Notes under the pieces: generated by a model
Told to the model about the DNA's origin: nothing
Databases searched by the model: none
Seen by the model: only the letters and a program-made list of their open reading frames with translations
Made by a program: the position numbers and the translations under genes
Source: an uncultured Acidobacteriota bacterium
GTDB taxonomy: Bacteria > Acidobacteriota > Thermoanaerobaculia > UBA5066 > Gp7-AA6
Assembly: GCA_963738945.1 (NCBI GenBank)
Contig: CAVTYD010000003.1
Location: 130,583 to 194,582, forward strand
Length of the DNA stretch: 64,000 nucleotides
Reading direction: 5' to 3'
Shown: positions 43,964 to 55,926 of the stretch, in pieces
Layout: each line of letters starts with the position of its first letter
Numbering within the stretch: the first letter of the stretch is position 1

Positions 43964-46747
43964 TTGAGCCCCAGAGAGATCTACGAGTTCGGCCCGTTCC
44001 GGCTGGACGTCGCCGAGCACCGGCTCCTCGAGGGCGATCTCCGGATCGCTCTGAAGCCGAAGGTCTTCGAGACACTGGTCCTGCTCGTCCGAAATGCCGG
44101 GCACCTGCTCTCCAAGCAGGACCTGATGACGCAGTTGTGGCCGGATACCGTCGTCGACGAGACCAACCTCAACAAGAACGTCTGGCTGATCCGCCGCGCC
44201 CTCGGCGGAAGCGGCGACTCGGCGGAATACATCGAGACGGTGCCGCGGATCGGTTACCGGTTCGTCGCGAGCGTGCGCCGTGCCGAGCCGGATGGACCGC
44301 CGTCGGCGGAACCGGCCGCTCTCGCCGCAGGAGAACCGGCCACGTCCGCGCCGGCGACTCCCCTGCCGCCGCCCGTCCCTCGGAGGCGTTCGCGCACGCC
44401 GGCGATTGTCGCGGCGGCCGCGATCCTCCTCCTCGGCGCTTTCGGCGCGTGGGCGGCGTGGCGGTCCGCGCATGCGAGTGGCCGCTCCACCGACGGCGCC
44501 TCGCGTCCGACGATCTCCGTTCTCGGCTTCCGCAATCTCTCGAACCGTCCGGACCTCGACTGGATCGGCACCGCGCTCTCCGAGATGCTCCAGGCCGAGC
44601 TCGCGCCGGGATCGACGTACCGCCTGATGCCCGTCGAGTCCGCGGACCGACTTCGCCGCGACCTCGCGCTCGAGCAGACCGGCAGCCTGTCGCGCGAGTC
44701 GCTCGCCCGCCTGCGGCGGGCAGCCGCCGTGGACGAGGTCGTCGGCGGCTCCTACGTGTCCGCCGGGTCCGGATCGGCCGACGCCCGAATCCGGATCGAC
44801 GTGCTGGTCCAGGACGCGCGGACGGGCGAGACCGTCGGATCCGTGACGGAGACCGGCGAGGCTTCGAGCCTGCTCGACATGGTCGCCTCGCTCGGCTCCC
44901 GCCTGCGCCTCGCGCTTCGAGAGCCCGACCGCGCCTCGGCGGCCGCCGGAGCGCGGGAGACGCTCCCCCGCGACGCAACGGCTCTGCGGCTCTACGCCGA
45001 AGGACTTCGAAAGCTGCGCGACTCCGACGCGCTCGCTGCCCGCGATCTCCTTCTCGAGTCCGTCGCGGCGGAGCCCGACTTTCCGCTCGCCCACGCGGCG
45101 CTCGGCCGGGTCTATTCGACTCTCGGCTATGAGGAGAAGGCGCGTCTCGAGCTGCAGCAGGCGTTCGAGCGATCGCACGGCCTGCCGCGAAAGGAACAGC
45201 TGGAGGTCGAATCCTCCTATCGCGCGGCTAGCAAGGAATGGGACAAGGCCATCGCGCTCTGCCAGGAGCTCGACCGGCTCTCGCCCGACGACCTCGAGAA
45301 CGGGCTACGCTTCGCCGCGCTGGCGATCAACGCCTCGCGCCGACAGGACGCGCTCGCGGTCCTGAAGAGGCTCGAGCGCCTTCCGCCCCCGACCGGCAAC
45401 GATCCGCGGATCGACCTGCTCGAATCTCGCGCGTTGCTCGGAACCGACCCGAAGGCGGCGCTCGCGGCGGCCGAGCGAGGGCTGGCGGAGAGCCGGGCGC
45501 GCCGCGTGCGCTCGGTCGAGGCCAACGCCCTCCTCGACCGGGCCGTCGCCGCCCAGACGCTCGGTCTCCCCGACAAGGCCTCCGTCGAGGAGGGGATGCG
45601 GATCTTCGCCGAGATCGGCGACTCCGGCGGCGAGGCGCGCGCGGCTCACATCCTCGGAAACGTTCAGTTCGACGAAGGCGATGCGGACGGGGCCCGTGCG
45701 TCCTTCCAGCGTGCCGTCGACCTTTCCGAGCGCATCGGCTACGTGCTCGAGAAGGCGGCTGCCGTCGCGAGCCTCTCGAGGGTCGCGTCGCTGCGAGGCG
45801 AAGCCGCCGAGGCCGAGCGCCTGATCGTCGAGGCGAATTCCATCTGGCGCGCCGTGCCCGATCTCCGGCAGCTGCCGTGGGGACTGAACGCCCTCGGCTC
45901 GATCCGGCTCGGCCAGGGAAGGCTCCGCGAGGCCGAGGCCCTTCACCGGGAGGCGCTCGAGATGGGCCGGGAACGCGGCGACGCCGGCAGCTACCGCCAC
46001 GAGGGATACAGCGGGCTCGTCGCCGCGCTCGCCGCGCAAGGGCGGCTCGACGAGGCCTCCCGAGTCGCCGACGAGGCGCTCGCCGCCAGCCGAAAGATGG
46101 CCGATCCGAGCTGGGTCGCGCAGCACGAGGCCGAGATCGGCATGCTGGCATTCGAACGTGGCCGGTTCGACGAGGCGGACCGCCACTTCGCCGAGGCGCT
46201 CGCGCTCCGAAAGCAGAAGGAGGAGTACACGGTACCCGAGAGCGAGCTCCTGATCGCGCACCTGCGCCTCGAAGAGCGCCGGTGGGAGGACGCGCGCACG
46301 CTGGCCGGGAGAGCATCGCGCGAGTTCGCCGCCGCTGGCCGCAAGGCCGATCAGGCCGATGCCGACGCGGTGACCGCCGAGGCGCTTCTGTCTTCCGGGC
46401 GCAAGGAGGAGGCAAAGAAGACGATCGAAACCGCCGCCGGGCTTCTCGACGACAAGGCCTCCCCCGACGCGCGCATTCCCATCCTTCTCGCGGCCGCCCG
46501 CGTCGAGAGCGTCCTCGGACGCCCGGATGCCGCCCGCTCGGAGGTCGAGACGGCGACACGACTGGCGGAGAAGATCGCATGGAAGAACCTCGTCCTCGAG
46601 GCGCGGCTCGCGGCCACGGAGGTCGAGGCCGGATCGGGCGACGCCAGAGCGAGCGTCGAGTCGGCGGCCGTCGCCGCGGACGCACGGCTTCTCGGTTTCG
46701 AGCGGATCGCCGTTCGCGCGGATCGGCTGACGAACCGCAAGTCGTGA
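43964..46747 (+). CDS. membrane-bound transcriptional regulator: OmpR/PhoB-type winged-helix DNA-binding domain + TM + large TPR region (ToxR/CadC-like topology)
   Basis: Intact 927-aa ORF with TTG start. wHTH: YEFGPFRLDVAEHRLL...LKPKVFETLVLLVRNAGHLLSKQDLMTQLWPD...NLNKNVWLIRRAL...IETVPRIGYRFV. TM: TPAIVAAAAILLLGAFGAWAAW. Then ISVLGFRNLSNRPDLDWIGTALSEML and many TPR-like helices. Confidence 0.88.
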   Translation: MSPREIYEFGPFRLDVAEHRLLEGDLRIALKPKVFETLVLLVRNAGHLLSKQDLMTQLWPDTVVDETNLNKNVWLIRRALGGSGDSAEYIETVPRIGYRFVASVRRAEPDGPPSAEPAALAAGEPATSAPATPLPPPVPRRRSRTPAIVAAAAILLLGAFGAWAAWRSAHASGRSTDGASRPTISVLGFRNLSNRPDLDWIGTALSEMLQAELAPGSTYRLMPVESADRLRRDLALEQTGSLSRESLARLRRAAAVDEVVGGSYVSAGSGSADARIRIDVLVQDARTGETVGSVTETGEASSLLDMVASLGSRLRLALREPDRASAAAGARETLPRDATALRLYAEGLRKLRDSDALAARDLLLESVAAEPDFPLAHAALGRVYSTLGYEEKARLELQQAFERSHGLPRKEQLEVESSYRAASKEWDKAIALCQELDRLSPDDLENGLRFAALAINASRRQDALAVLKRLERLPPPTGNDPRIDLLESRALLGTDPKAALAAAERGLAESRARRVRSVEANALLDRAVAAQTLGLPDKASVEEGMRIFAEIGDSGGEARAAHILGNVQFDEGDADGARASFQRAVDLSERIGYVLEKAAAVASLSRVASLRGEAAEAERLIVEANSIWRAVPDLRQLPWGLNALGSIRLGQGRLREAEALHREALEMGRERGDAGSYRHEGYSGLVAALAAQGRLDEASRVADEALAASRKMADPSWVAQHEAEIGMLAFERGRFDEADRHFAEALALRKQKEEYTVPESELLIAHLRLEERRWEDARTLAGRASREFAAAGRKADQADADAVTAEALLSSGRKEEAKKTIETAAGLLDDKASPDARIPILLAAARVESVLGRPDAARSEVETATRLAEKIAWKNLVLEARLAATEVEAGSGDARASVESAAVAADARLLGFERIAVRADRLTNRKS

Positions 46748-46828
46748 AACCGCGGCGGGAGAGCGCCGCGCCGAAGCCGTGGCCGAGCGAAGCGAGGACT
46801 CGAGCTTCGAAACGACCGGCGCCGGCGC

Positions 46829-48961
46829 CTACGCCGGGGTCAGGTCCGCGTAGCGCGCGACGAATTTCTTCTTGCCGGCGCGGTCGAAGTAAACCGTCAG
46901 GCGCGTCTCCTCGCCCGAGCCTTCCTCGGTCAGAATGACGCCATAGCCGTAGCGCGGGTGGCGCACGCGTTTGCCGCGGCGCAGGGGTCGGTCGTCGCGC
47001 TCCTCTTCCTGGTGCACGCGGCCCGAGAAGATGGTCGGCGCGGGTCTCCCGAAGAACTGCTCCTCGAGGGCCTCGCGGGGAATCTCCTCCAGAAACCGGG
47101 AGGGACGGCGTTGCTCGATGCGGCCGTACACCAGCCGCCGGTCGGCGAGCGTCAGGACGAGGGAATCCTTCGCGCGCGTCATGCCGACGTAGAGAAGGCG
47201 CCGCTCCTCCTCGAGCTCGTCCTCGTCCTCGGCGGACTGGCCGTGCGGGAGGTAGCCCTCCTCGAGGCCCACGGCGAAGACCGCCTCGAACTCGAGCCCC
47301 TTGGCCGCGTGGAGCGTGGACAGCGTCACGGCGCCGCCCGAGCCGGCCGCGTCGCCGTCGGTGGCGAGCGCCACGGTGTCGAGGTATTCGGCGATCGTGG
47401 CGCCCTCGGCGTTGCGCCGCTCGAACTCGCGCGCCGACGACAGCAGCTCCTCGATGTTCTCCCGCCGCGCGACATCCTCGCGGTCATCCGACTGCGCGTA
47501 GAGACTCGCGTAACCTGTCGCCGACAGGAGATGATCGAGCAGGGCCGACGGCGTCCACGTCTCCGCCTTCTCGTGGAGATCGAGGACGATCTCGCGGAAG
47601 CGCGACAGAGCCGTCCGGGCGCGCTCGGTCAGGCCCGGCGGATTCTCGGACACCTCCCACCACGAGCGCCCGGTCTCGCGCGCCGCGGCCGCGAGGCGGT
47701 CGAGCGTGGCCGCTCCGATCCCGCGCGCCGGCACGTTGACGACGCGCCGGAAGGCCAGGTCGTCCTCGGGCCGGGCCGCGAGGCGCAGGTAGGCGAGCAC
47801 GTCCTTGACCTCGGCGCGCTCGTAGAACTTCATGCCGCCGACCACGACGTAGGGAATGCGGCGCCGGACGAGCTCCTCTTCGAAGGGCCGCGACTGGGCG
47901 TTGGTGCGGTAGAGGATCGCGGTCTCGCCCGGCGATCGCCCGGACGACGCGAGCTCGCGCACGACCGCCTCCGTCTCGGCACGGTCCTCCTCGAACCTCC
48001 AGAGGCGGACGGCGAGGCCCTCGCCGCGGTCGGCGCGCAGCCGCTTCTCGCGGCGGCGCCGATTGTGGGCGACCAGGCCCGCCGCGGCGGCCAGGATCTT
48101 CGCCGTCGAGCGGTAGTTCGCCTCGAGCGCGACCACGCGGGCGCCCGGAAAGTCCGTGTCGAAGCGCAGGATGTGCTCGACCTCGGCGCCGCGCCAGCGG
48201 TAGATCGCCTGGTCCTCGTCGCCGACGGCGCAGAGGGACTCGGCGTTCTGGCCGAACAGCTTGACGAGAGCATCCTGCGAGGTGTTCGTGTCCTGGTACT
48301 CGTCGATCAGGAGATGCCGCACGCGGCGGCGCTCCTCGGCGAGGACGGCCGCGTCGGACGAAAGGAGCCGGACGGAACGGGCGATCAGGTCGTCGAAGTC
48401 GAGGGCGCCCGTCGCCGCGAGCTTCTTCTCGTAGAGGGCGTAGACCTGGCCGATCCGTTCCCCCGCATAGTCCGTCTCCGTCGCCGCGAAACGCTCCGCC
48501 GTCACGAGGGCGTTCTTCGCGTTCGAGATCCGCGCGCGCACCGCGTTCGGGGGCAGGACCTGGTCCGAGATCGCGAGCTCGGCCATGGCCTCCTTGATCA
48601 GGGCGAGCTGGTCCGAGGAGTCGGCGATCGCGAAGCGCGGCGGCAGCCTCGCCTCGCGGGCCCGGCGCCGCAGGAGGCGGAGGCACCAGGAATGGAACGT
48701 GCCGATGTAGGAGCCGAGCGCCGCGCCGCCGAGCAGGCGCTGCGCCCGCTCGCGCATCTCGGCCGCGGCCTTGTTCGTGAACGTCACCGCGGCGATCGAG
48801 CGGGGATCCGCGCCCTGGCGTATCAGGTGCGCGAGCCGGTGCGTGATGACGCGCGTCTTGCCCGAGCCGGCGCCCGCGAGGACGAGCAGGGGGCCCCGGA
48901 CGTGGAGGACCGCTTCGCGTTGTTCGGGGTTGAGACCGGTCAGGAGCGACGCATCGGACAC
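46829..48961 (-). CDS. uvrD: ATP-dependent DNA helicase UvrD/PcrA
   Basis: Intact 710-aa ORF. LNPEQREAV, Walker A AGAGSGKT, motif II LLIDEYQDTN, TLHAAKGLEF, VGMTRAK. Confidence 0.93.
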   Translation of the reverse strand: MSDASLLTGLNPEQREAVLHVRGPLLVLAGAGSGKTRVITHRLAHLIRQGADPRSIAAVTFTNKAAAEMRERAQRLLGGAALGSYIGTFHSWCLRLLRRRAREARLPPRFAIADSSDQLALIKEAMAELAISDQVLPPNAVRARISNAKNALVTAERFAATETDYAGERIGQVYALYEKKLAATGALDFDDLIARSVRLLSSDAAVLAEERRRVRHLLIDEYQDTNTSQDALVKLFGQNAESLCAVGDEDQAIYRWRGAEVEHILRFDTDFPGARVVALEANYRSTAKILAAAAGLVAHNRRRREKRLRADRGEGLAVRLWRFEEDRAETEAVVRELASSGRSPGETAILYRTNAQSRPFEEELVRRRIPYVVVGGMKFYERAEVKDVLAYLRLAARPEDDLAFRRVVNVPARGIGAATLDRLAAAARETGRSWWEVSENPPGLTERARTALSRFREIVLDLHEKAETWTPSALLDHLLSATGYASLYAQSDDREDVARRENIEELLSSAREFERRNAEGATIAEYLDTVALATDGDAAGSGGAVTLSTLHAAKGLEFEAVFAVGLEEGYLPHGQSAEDEDELEEERRLLYVGMTRAKDSLVLTLADRRLVYGRIEQRRPSRFLEEIPREALEEQFFGRPAPTIFSGRVHQEEERDDRPLRRGKRVRHPRYGYGVILTEEGSGEETRLTVYFDRAGKKKFVARYADLTPA

Positions 48962-48980
48962 CGGGGGATCATAAGGCAGG

Positions 48981-50808
<1,828 letters not shown>

Positions 50809-50883
50809 GGTTACCTCGAACGCCGGAAGCCGGGAGCCGGGGTCCGGCTCGCCGGGGGTTGGATTGTCATGGAAGGCGGTATT

Positions 50884-52309
50884 TTACCCGTTTTTCCGGC
50901 GCCTGCGGCGAGCGACCCAGCCGGGCTTGTTGACCTGCGGGGAACGCGAGAGCGCCAGTGCTCCTTCGGGCACGTCCTGCGTCACCGTCGTCCCCGCGGC
51001 CACGTACGCGTCGCGGCCGATCGTGACCGGCGCCACGAGCTGGGTGTCGGTGCCGATGAAGGCCCGCTCGCCGATCGTCGTCCGGTGCTTCTTTTCGCCG
51101 TCGTAGTTGCAGGTGATCACGCCGGCGCCGATGTTCGAGCCGGCTCCCGACGTCCGCGTCGCCGAGGTAAGCCAGGTGCTGCGCCTTGACCCCCTTGCGC
51201 AGGACGGTGTTCTTCGTCTCGACGAAGTTGCCGACCCGCACGTCCTCCTCGAGGACGCTGCCCGGCCGCAGGCGCGAGTACGGTCCCACGCGGGCACGGG
51301 CGCCGATGCGCGCGCCCGACGCGTCGCAGTGCGGACCGATCGAGGCGCCGGCGGCGAGCGCCGTGTCGACGAGACGGGTGAAGGCGAGGACCTCGCTCCC
51401 CTCGCCGAGCTCCGTGCGCCCCTCGAGGCACACGAAGGGATGCAGGATCACGTCGGGGGCGAGCGCGACCAGAGGTCCGATCCGCGCCGTGGCCGGATCG
51501 ATCACCGTCACGCCCGCGTCGAGGGCACGCTCGACGCCTCGCCGCCGCTCGAGCTCCTCGGCGGCCGCGAGATCCCGGCGCGTGTTGACGCCCCACGCCT
51601 CGCGCCAGTCTTCCGGCTCCAGAGCGGCGACGAGTCCGGCGCGCGAAGCGAGGATCGAGATCGCATCGGTCAGGTAGAACTCTCCGGAGACGGAGTCGCG
51701 GCGGATCTTCGCGAGGGCGCGGTCGAGGGCCTCGGACGCGAAGCAGTAGACGCCGGCGTTGACCTCGCCGATCTTCTTCTGCCGGGCCGTGGCGTTGCGC
51801 GCCTCCACGACGCCCTTCGGCCGGCCGCGCGCGTCGCGCACGACCCGGCCGAAGTCGCCGGGGTCGGGCGGCCGGAAGGTCAGGAACACCAGGTCGAGGT
51901 CGCGCTCGCGGCGCAACGCCACCATCTGCGCGAGGGTCTCCGGCCGGAGCAGGGGCGTGTCGCCGGCGAGGACGACGATGGGGCCTCCGCCTTCACCGAG
52001 CTCGGCCCTCGCCTTCGCCGCAGCGTCCCCCGTGCCGAGGGGCGGATCCTGGATCGCGTAGCGGACGTTGCGGCCCTCGAGCGCCGCCTCGATCCGGGAG
52101 CGCTCGGCGCCGACGACGAGGACCACGCGCTCCGGCGCGAGCGGCGCGGCCGCGTCGAGCACCGCTTCGACGAGCGTCCGTCCCGCGACGCGGTGAAGGA
52201 CCTTCGGCAGCGTCGAGCGCATGCGCGACCCCACGCCCGCCGCGAGGACGACGACGCGGGGCGGCGGCTCCGCGGGCTTCCGCTTCGCGGCCTTGGAGGC
52301 TTTCGCCAT
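50884..52309 (-). CDS. glmU: bifunctional UDP-N-acetylglucosamine pyrophosphorylase / GlcN-1-P N-acetyltransferase (frame-disrupted near 51147 as read)
   Basis: N-terminus [21 protein letters not shown]... through ...[11 protein letters not shown] in the frame of ORF 50867..52309. Hexapeptide-repeat continuation [39 protein letters not shown] in the frame of ORF 50884..51297. Confidence 0.9.
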
Positions 52310-52321
52310 GCCGCGCCGAGT

Positions 52322-52993
52322 CTACGACGCCAGGAGCTTCTGAAACTCCGGCATCTCGCGCACGGGGTCGAAATCCCGGTCGTGGCGCGCGAGGACCCGG
52401 TGCCGCTGATCCTCTTCGATCGCTCTCTGGAGGTGCTCGAGCGCCGTCCCGAGGTCGCCCTTCTGCGCGTGGCAGCAGGCGAGCAGGAAGTCCACCCGGC
52501 CGGAGCCGTTCTTGCGGGCGGCCCGCTGGAGGTGCTCGATCGCCTCGTCGACGTTGCCGCGGTTCTTCTCGAGCACGGCGGCGTAGTAGAAGTCCTCGGG
52601 CTCGGAAAGGGCCGGGCGCGGATCGCGCCGCTGACGCTCACAGACGGTCAGATACACGCGGGCCCGGTCGACGAGCTCGCGCTCCTCCGGGTACTTCTGG
52701 ATCAGATCCAGGAAGTGGCGCTCGGCCTCGTCGAGCTTCTTTTTCTGCAGGGCGGCGACCCCCCGGTCGTAGTCCTTGCGCGCGTTCTCCGTGTGCTTCG
52801 AGAGCTCACGGAGCGTCTGCGCCTTGCGGGGCGCGGGCGTCTCCGCGGCAGCACCGGTCAAGCCCAGCTTCTCCATCCGCTTCTCCAGCTCGTCGATGCG
52901 GACGGAAAGGGCGTCGGCGAGCGCCTGAACACTCATCTTTCCCATGTTGTCTTTGATGAATCGCAACTCGGCTTCGGACCAGCGCTTGACCAT
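52322..52993 (-). CDS. TPR-repeat protein, function unknown
   Basis: 223-aa ORF with high GC3. TPR-like helices (AALQKKKLDEAERHFLDLIQKYPE, YYAAVLEKNRGNVDEAIEHLQRA, LLACCHAQKGDLGTALEHLQRAIE). Confidence 0.75.
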   Translation of the reverse strand: MVKRWSEAELRFIKDNMGKMSVQALADALSVRIDELEKRMEKLGLTGAAAETPAPRKAQTLRELSKHTENARKDYDRGVAALQKKKLDEAERHFLDLIQKYPEERELVDRARVYLTVCERQRRDPRPALSEPEDFYYAAVLEKNRGNVDEAIEHLQRAARKNGSGRVDFLLACCHAQKGDLGTALEHLQRAIEEDQRHRVLARHDRDFDPVREMPEFQKLLAS

Positions 52994-53097
52994 TCGTCTT
53001 TGCCCTCCCGGCGGCTCGCGAAAAACGGCGTATTGTAGGGAGGCTCCACTCCGGTGTCAATGGTCGCGATCCGGCGCCGGGGGGACGGGAGGTGCCG

Positions 53098-53397
53098 ATG
53101 CGACGGCTCTCGACGATCGCCGCCGTCTCGATCCTGGCCGCGGCTCTCGGATCCGCCCGCCTCGGCGCGACCCAGGCCGACCGCTCCCTGACGGCGTCGG
53201 GGACGATTTCGAAGATCCAGGCGGCCGAGCGCTCGTTCACGGTCGCCCTTTCCGACGGCACGCAGGCGCGCTTCGTCTGGAGCGCCGACACCCGGATCAG
53301 CGGCGTGCTCTCTCCCGGCGCCCGCGTGACCATCCGGTACGAGGTGGCCGCGGACGGCCGCAACGTCGCCCAGCAGATCAGCGTGGCGCGAACCTAG
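53098..53397 (+). CDS. small secreted protein, function unknown
   Basis: ORF 53092..53397. ATG 53098 lies after GGGAGG. Signal peptide MRRLSTIAAVSILAAALGSARLGA, then a roughly 75-aa beta-like domain. Confidence 0.6.
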   Translation: MRRLSTIAAVSILAAALGSARLGATQADRSLTASGTISKIQAAERSFTVALSDGTQARFVWSADTRISGVLSPGARVTIRYEVAADGRNVAQQISVART

Positions 53398-53468
53398 CCG
53401 CCGAAGCTCCCTCACCCTGCTAGAATCTCGCCGCGCCGCGCGACACGCGGCGGGGAGGGACGAGATCC

Positions 53469-53738
53469 ATGGGGATGTACATCATCGCGGAACCGTGCAT
53501 CGGCACGAAGGACACCGCCTGCGTGGACGTGTGCCCGGTCGATTGCATCCATCCGCGCAAGGACGAAGGGACCTTCTCGACGGCCGAGATGCTCTACATC
53601 GATCCCGACGTCTGCATCCAGTGCGGCAACTGCGAGCCCGCCTGCCCGGTGACCGCGATCTTCACCGAGGAGACGATCCCGGACAAGTGGAAGCACTACC
53701 TGCAGGTCAACGCCGACTGGTACAAGCCCCAGAAGTAG
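53469..53738 (+). CDS. ferredoxin (dicluster, FdxA-like 7Fe type)
   Basis: 89 aa. CIGTKDTACVDVCPVDCI and CIQCGNCEPACPV cluster motifs. Confidence 0.9.
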   Translation: MGMYIIAEPCIGTKDTACVDVCPVDCIHPRKDEGTFSTAEMLYIDPDVCIQCGNCEPACPVTAIFTEETIPDKWKHYLQVNADWYKPQK

Positions 53739-53784
53739 GGGCGGGGCTTGCCCCGCCCGGGATGCCTCCCTCGGCCGCTGGCTC

Positions 53785-54531
53785 TCAGCCTCCCAGCACC
53801 TTCTTCAGGAACGCGTCCGCCCTCGCGTTGGCGTCCTTCGCGTCCTCGGTCCGATAGACCTTCGGGTCCTTCGAAGACGCGAAGCCGTGGCCGGCGTCGG
53901 GATAGATCTTGAAATCCACGCTCTTCCCGTCCTTCTTCGCCTCTGCCGCGAATTCCTTCACGCTCTCCGGAGAAATCCCCTGGTCCTGGCCTCCGAAGTT
54001 GCCGAGCAGCGGCACCTTCAGCGCCGAGATCGTGGCCGGATCCGTCATGAGGTGCCCGTAATAGATGACCGCGCCCGAGAGCGTCGGCTCGGCGACCGCG
54101 AGGTCGAGCGAGAGTCCGCCGCCCATGCACCAGCCGATCGAGGCGACCCTCGACGGGTCTACGTCCGGGCGGGCGCGCAGGAATGCGACCGCACCCTTCA
54201 TGTCGCGCAGGGCGCGGTCGTCGGGGAGGCCCCGCATCAACTGGTGGGCCGTGTCGGGATCCTCCGCCACCTTGCCGCGGTAGAGATCCACCGCGAGCGC
54301 GACGTATCCCTGCTTCGCGAACTCGTCGGCCCTGCCCTTGACCCAGTCGTTGAGCCCCCACCACTCGTGAATGACGACGATGGCCGGATGCCTGCCCGAT
54401 CCGGCCGGCGTCGCGAGGTACCCCGAGACTTTCTCCGAGCCGCTCGGATACGAGACCATCGAACCCGCCGCGGCGACGGCGGCCGCGAGAACCGAAGCGC
54501 CGAACCCCAGGACGAATGCCTTTCTCCGCAT
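53785..54531 (-). CDS. dienelactone hydrolase family protein
   Basis: 248 aa with a signal peptide. PAIVVIHEWWGLNDW, nucleophile motif GWCMGG, DAGHGF. Confidence 0.88.
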   Translation of the reverse strand: MRRKAFVLGFGASVLAAAVAAAGSMVSYPSGSEKVSGYLATPAGSGRHPAIVVIHEWWGLNDWVKGRADEFAKQGYVALAVDLYRGKVAEDPDTAHQLMRGLPDDRALRDMKGAVAFLRARPDVDPSRVASIGWCMGGGLSLDLAVAEPTLSGAVIYYGHLMTDPATISALKVPLLGNFGGQDQGISPESVKEFAAEAKKDGKSVDFKIYPDAGHGFASSKDPKVYRTEDAKDANARADAFLKKVLGG

Positions 54532-54571
54532 GAGACCTCCTCTCGCCGACTGCTGGGGTAATCTTATTTCG

Positions 54572-55072
54572 GTGCAGCTTTCGTTTCCGATCGCGGAGCC
54601 CGATGCCGCGGCTCTCCTCCAGCACCTCTACGACCGTCTCTCCGCCCGCTTCGGGTTCGGACCGGCGCGCGTCCGCGTGTCCCGCCGCAAGCTGACCGGC
54701 GGCCACATCGTTTACGGGCAGCCTCACCGCATCACGATCTCGGGCCACCTGACGCCCGCCGAGCAGGCGGACACGCTGCGCCACGAGGCGGCCCATGCCT
54801 GGGCGTGGGGCCTGGACGGCCGGAACACGGCACACGGTCCGCTGTTTCGGGCGCTCTCCCGCCGGCTCGGCGCCCGCGACGGGCACGCCCCCGAGACCGG
54901 GGCCCTGCGGGAGTTCCGCGCGTCGGGGGCGCGGGTCGTCTATCGCTGCCGCGGGTGCCAGCGGCTCTTCCGCCGCTTCCGGCCCTTTCGCGGCGCGCGG
55001 GAGTGCCTGGCGTGCCATCGCGCGGGACGGCCCGCTCGACTCGAACGACTCGACCGCCTGCGGGCTCGATGA
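54572..55072 (+). CDS. SprT-like zinc metalloprotease-domain protein
   Basis: ORF 54371..55072; the start at GTG 54572 is uncertain. HEAAHAW zinc motif followed by YRCRGCQ...CLACH. The stop overlaps the next gene start (ATGA). Confidence 0.7.
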   Translation: MQLSFPIAEPDAAALLQHLYDRLSARFGFGPARVRVSRRKLTGGHIVYGQPHRITISGHLTPAEQADTLRHEAAHAWAWGLDGRNTAHGPLFRALSRRLGARDGHAPETGALREFRASGARVVYRCRGCQRLFRRFRPFRGARECLACHRAGRPARLERLDRLRAR

Positions 55073-55917
55073 CTTCCGAGCGCCGGGGGATCCTTCTCGT
55101 CGCGGCCGCGGCGCTGATCTGGTCGACGGGCGGCGTCGGGATCAAGTGGCTCTCCGAGCCGCCGCTGAAAATCGCCTTCTACCGCTCGGCGACGGCGGCC
55201 GTCGCGCTCTTCGTGATCTTCCGGCCGAGGGTCTGGCGCTGGACTCCGGCCTTCCTGATCGGGATCGCGAGCTACGCGGGGTGCCTGACGACCTTCGTCC
55301 TGGCGACCAAGTGGACGTCGGCGGCCAACGCCATCTTCCTCCAATACTGCGGCGTCGTGTGGGTCCTGCTCCTGTCTCCGGCGGTTCTCGGGGAAGCGTT
55401 CCAGCGGCGCGACGCCGCCGCCGTCGCCGTGGCGTTTTGCGGCATGCTGCTCTTCTTCGTCGGCCGGCTCGAGAACCGCGGCTTCGAAGGCGAGATCGCG
55501 GCGCTCGTCTCGAGCGTCTTCTTCGCGATCCTGGTGCTCGCGCTGCGGCGGGAGCGCGGCGCCGGCGCCGAGGCGGTCGTGACTTACGGCAACGTCCTCG
55601 CCGCGGTCTCGATCCTGCCCTTCGTGCGCCACGAGCTCGGCGTCACGCTGCCCTCCGGCATCGTCCTGACTTTCCTCGGCGTGGTCCAGATCGGCGGCGC
55701 GTACGCGCTCTTCGTCGCGGGGCTCAAGCACGTCACCGCCACGGAGGCGGCGCTCGTCGGAATGCTCGAGCCGATCTCCAATCCGATCTGGGTCTTTCTC
55801 TTCATCGGGGAGCGCCCCGGCGCGTTCTCGGTTCTCGGGGGCGCCATCGTCCTCGGCGCGATCGCCTGGCGGACGCTGTCGAGCGGCGCCGCGGTCACCA
55901 CCCCTCCGCCGGACTGA
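55069..55917 (+). CDS. EamA/DMT-superfamily transporter
   Basis: Last 282 codons of ORF 54805..55917, from ATG 55069. Ten hydrophobic segments in two EamA-like halves. Confidence 0.88.
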   Translation: MTSERRGILLVAAAALIWSTGGVGIKWLSEPPLKIAFYRSATAAVALFVIFRPRVWRWTPAFLIGIASYAGCLTTFVLATKWTSAANAIFLQYCGVVWVLLLSPAVLGEAFQRRDAAAVAVAFCGMLLFFVGRLENRGFEGEIAALVSSVFFAILVLALRRERGAGAEAVVTYGNVLAAVSILPFVRHELGVTLPSGIVLTFLGVVQIGGAYALFVAGLKHVTATEAALVGMLEPISNPIWVFLFIGERPGAFSVLGGAIVLGAIAWRTLSSGAAVTTPPPD

Positions 55918-55926
55918 CCCGCGCCG

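Noticed and set aside
46829-48961. UvrD-family helicase (and the DEDD exonuclease at 60314..61000) as part of an anti-phage defence system.
   Set aside because: The helicase has the full PcrA/UvrD housekeeping motif set and sits beside glmS/glmU with no nuclease, ATPase or effector partner. The exonuclease is 11 kb away in an unrelated context.
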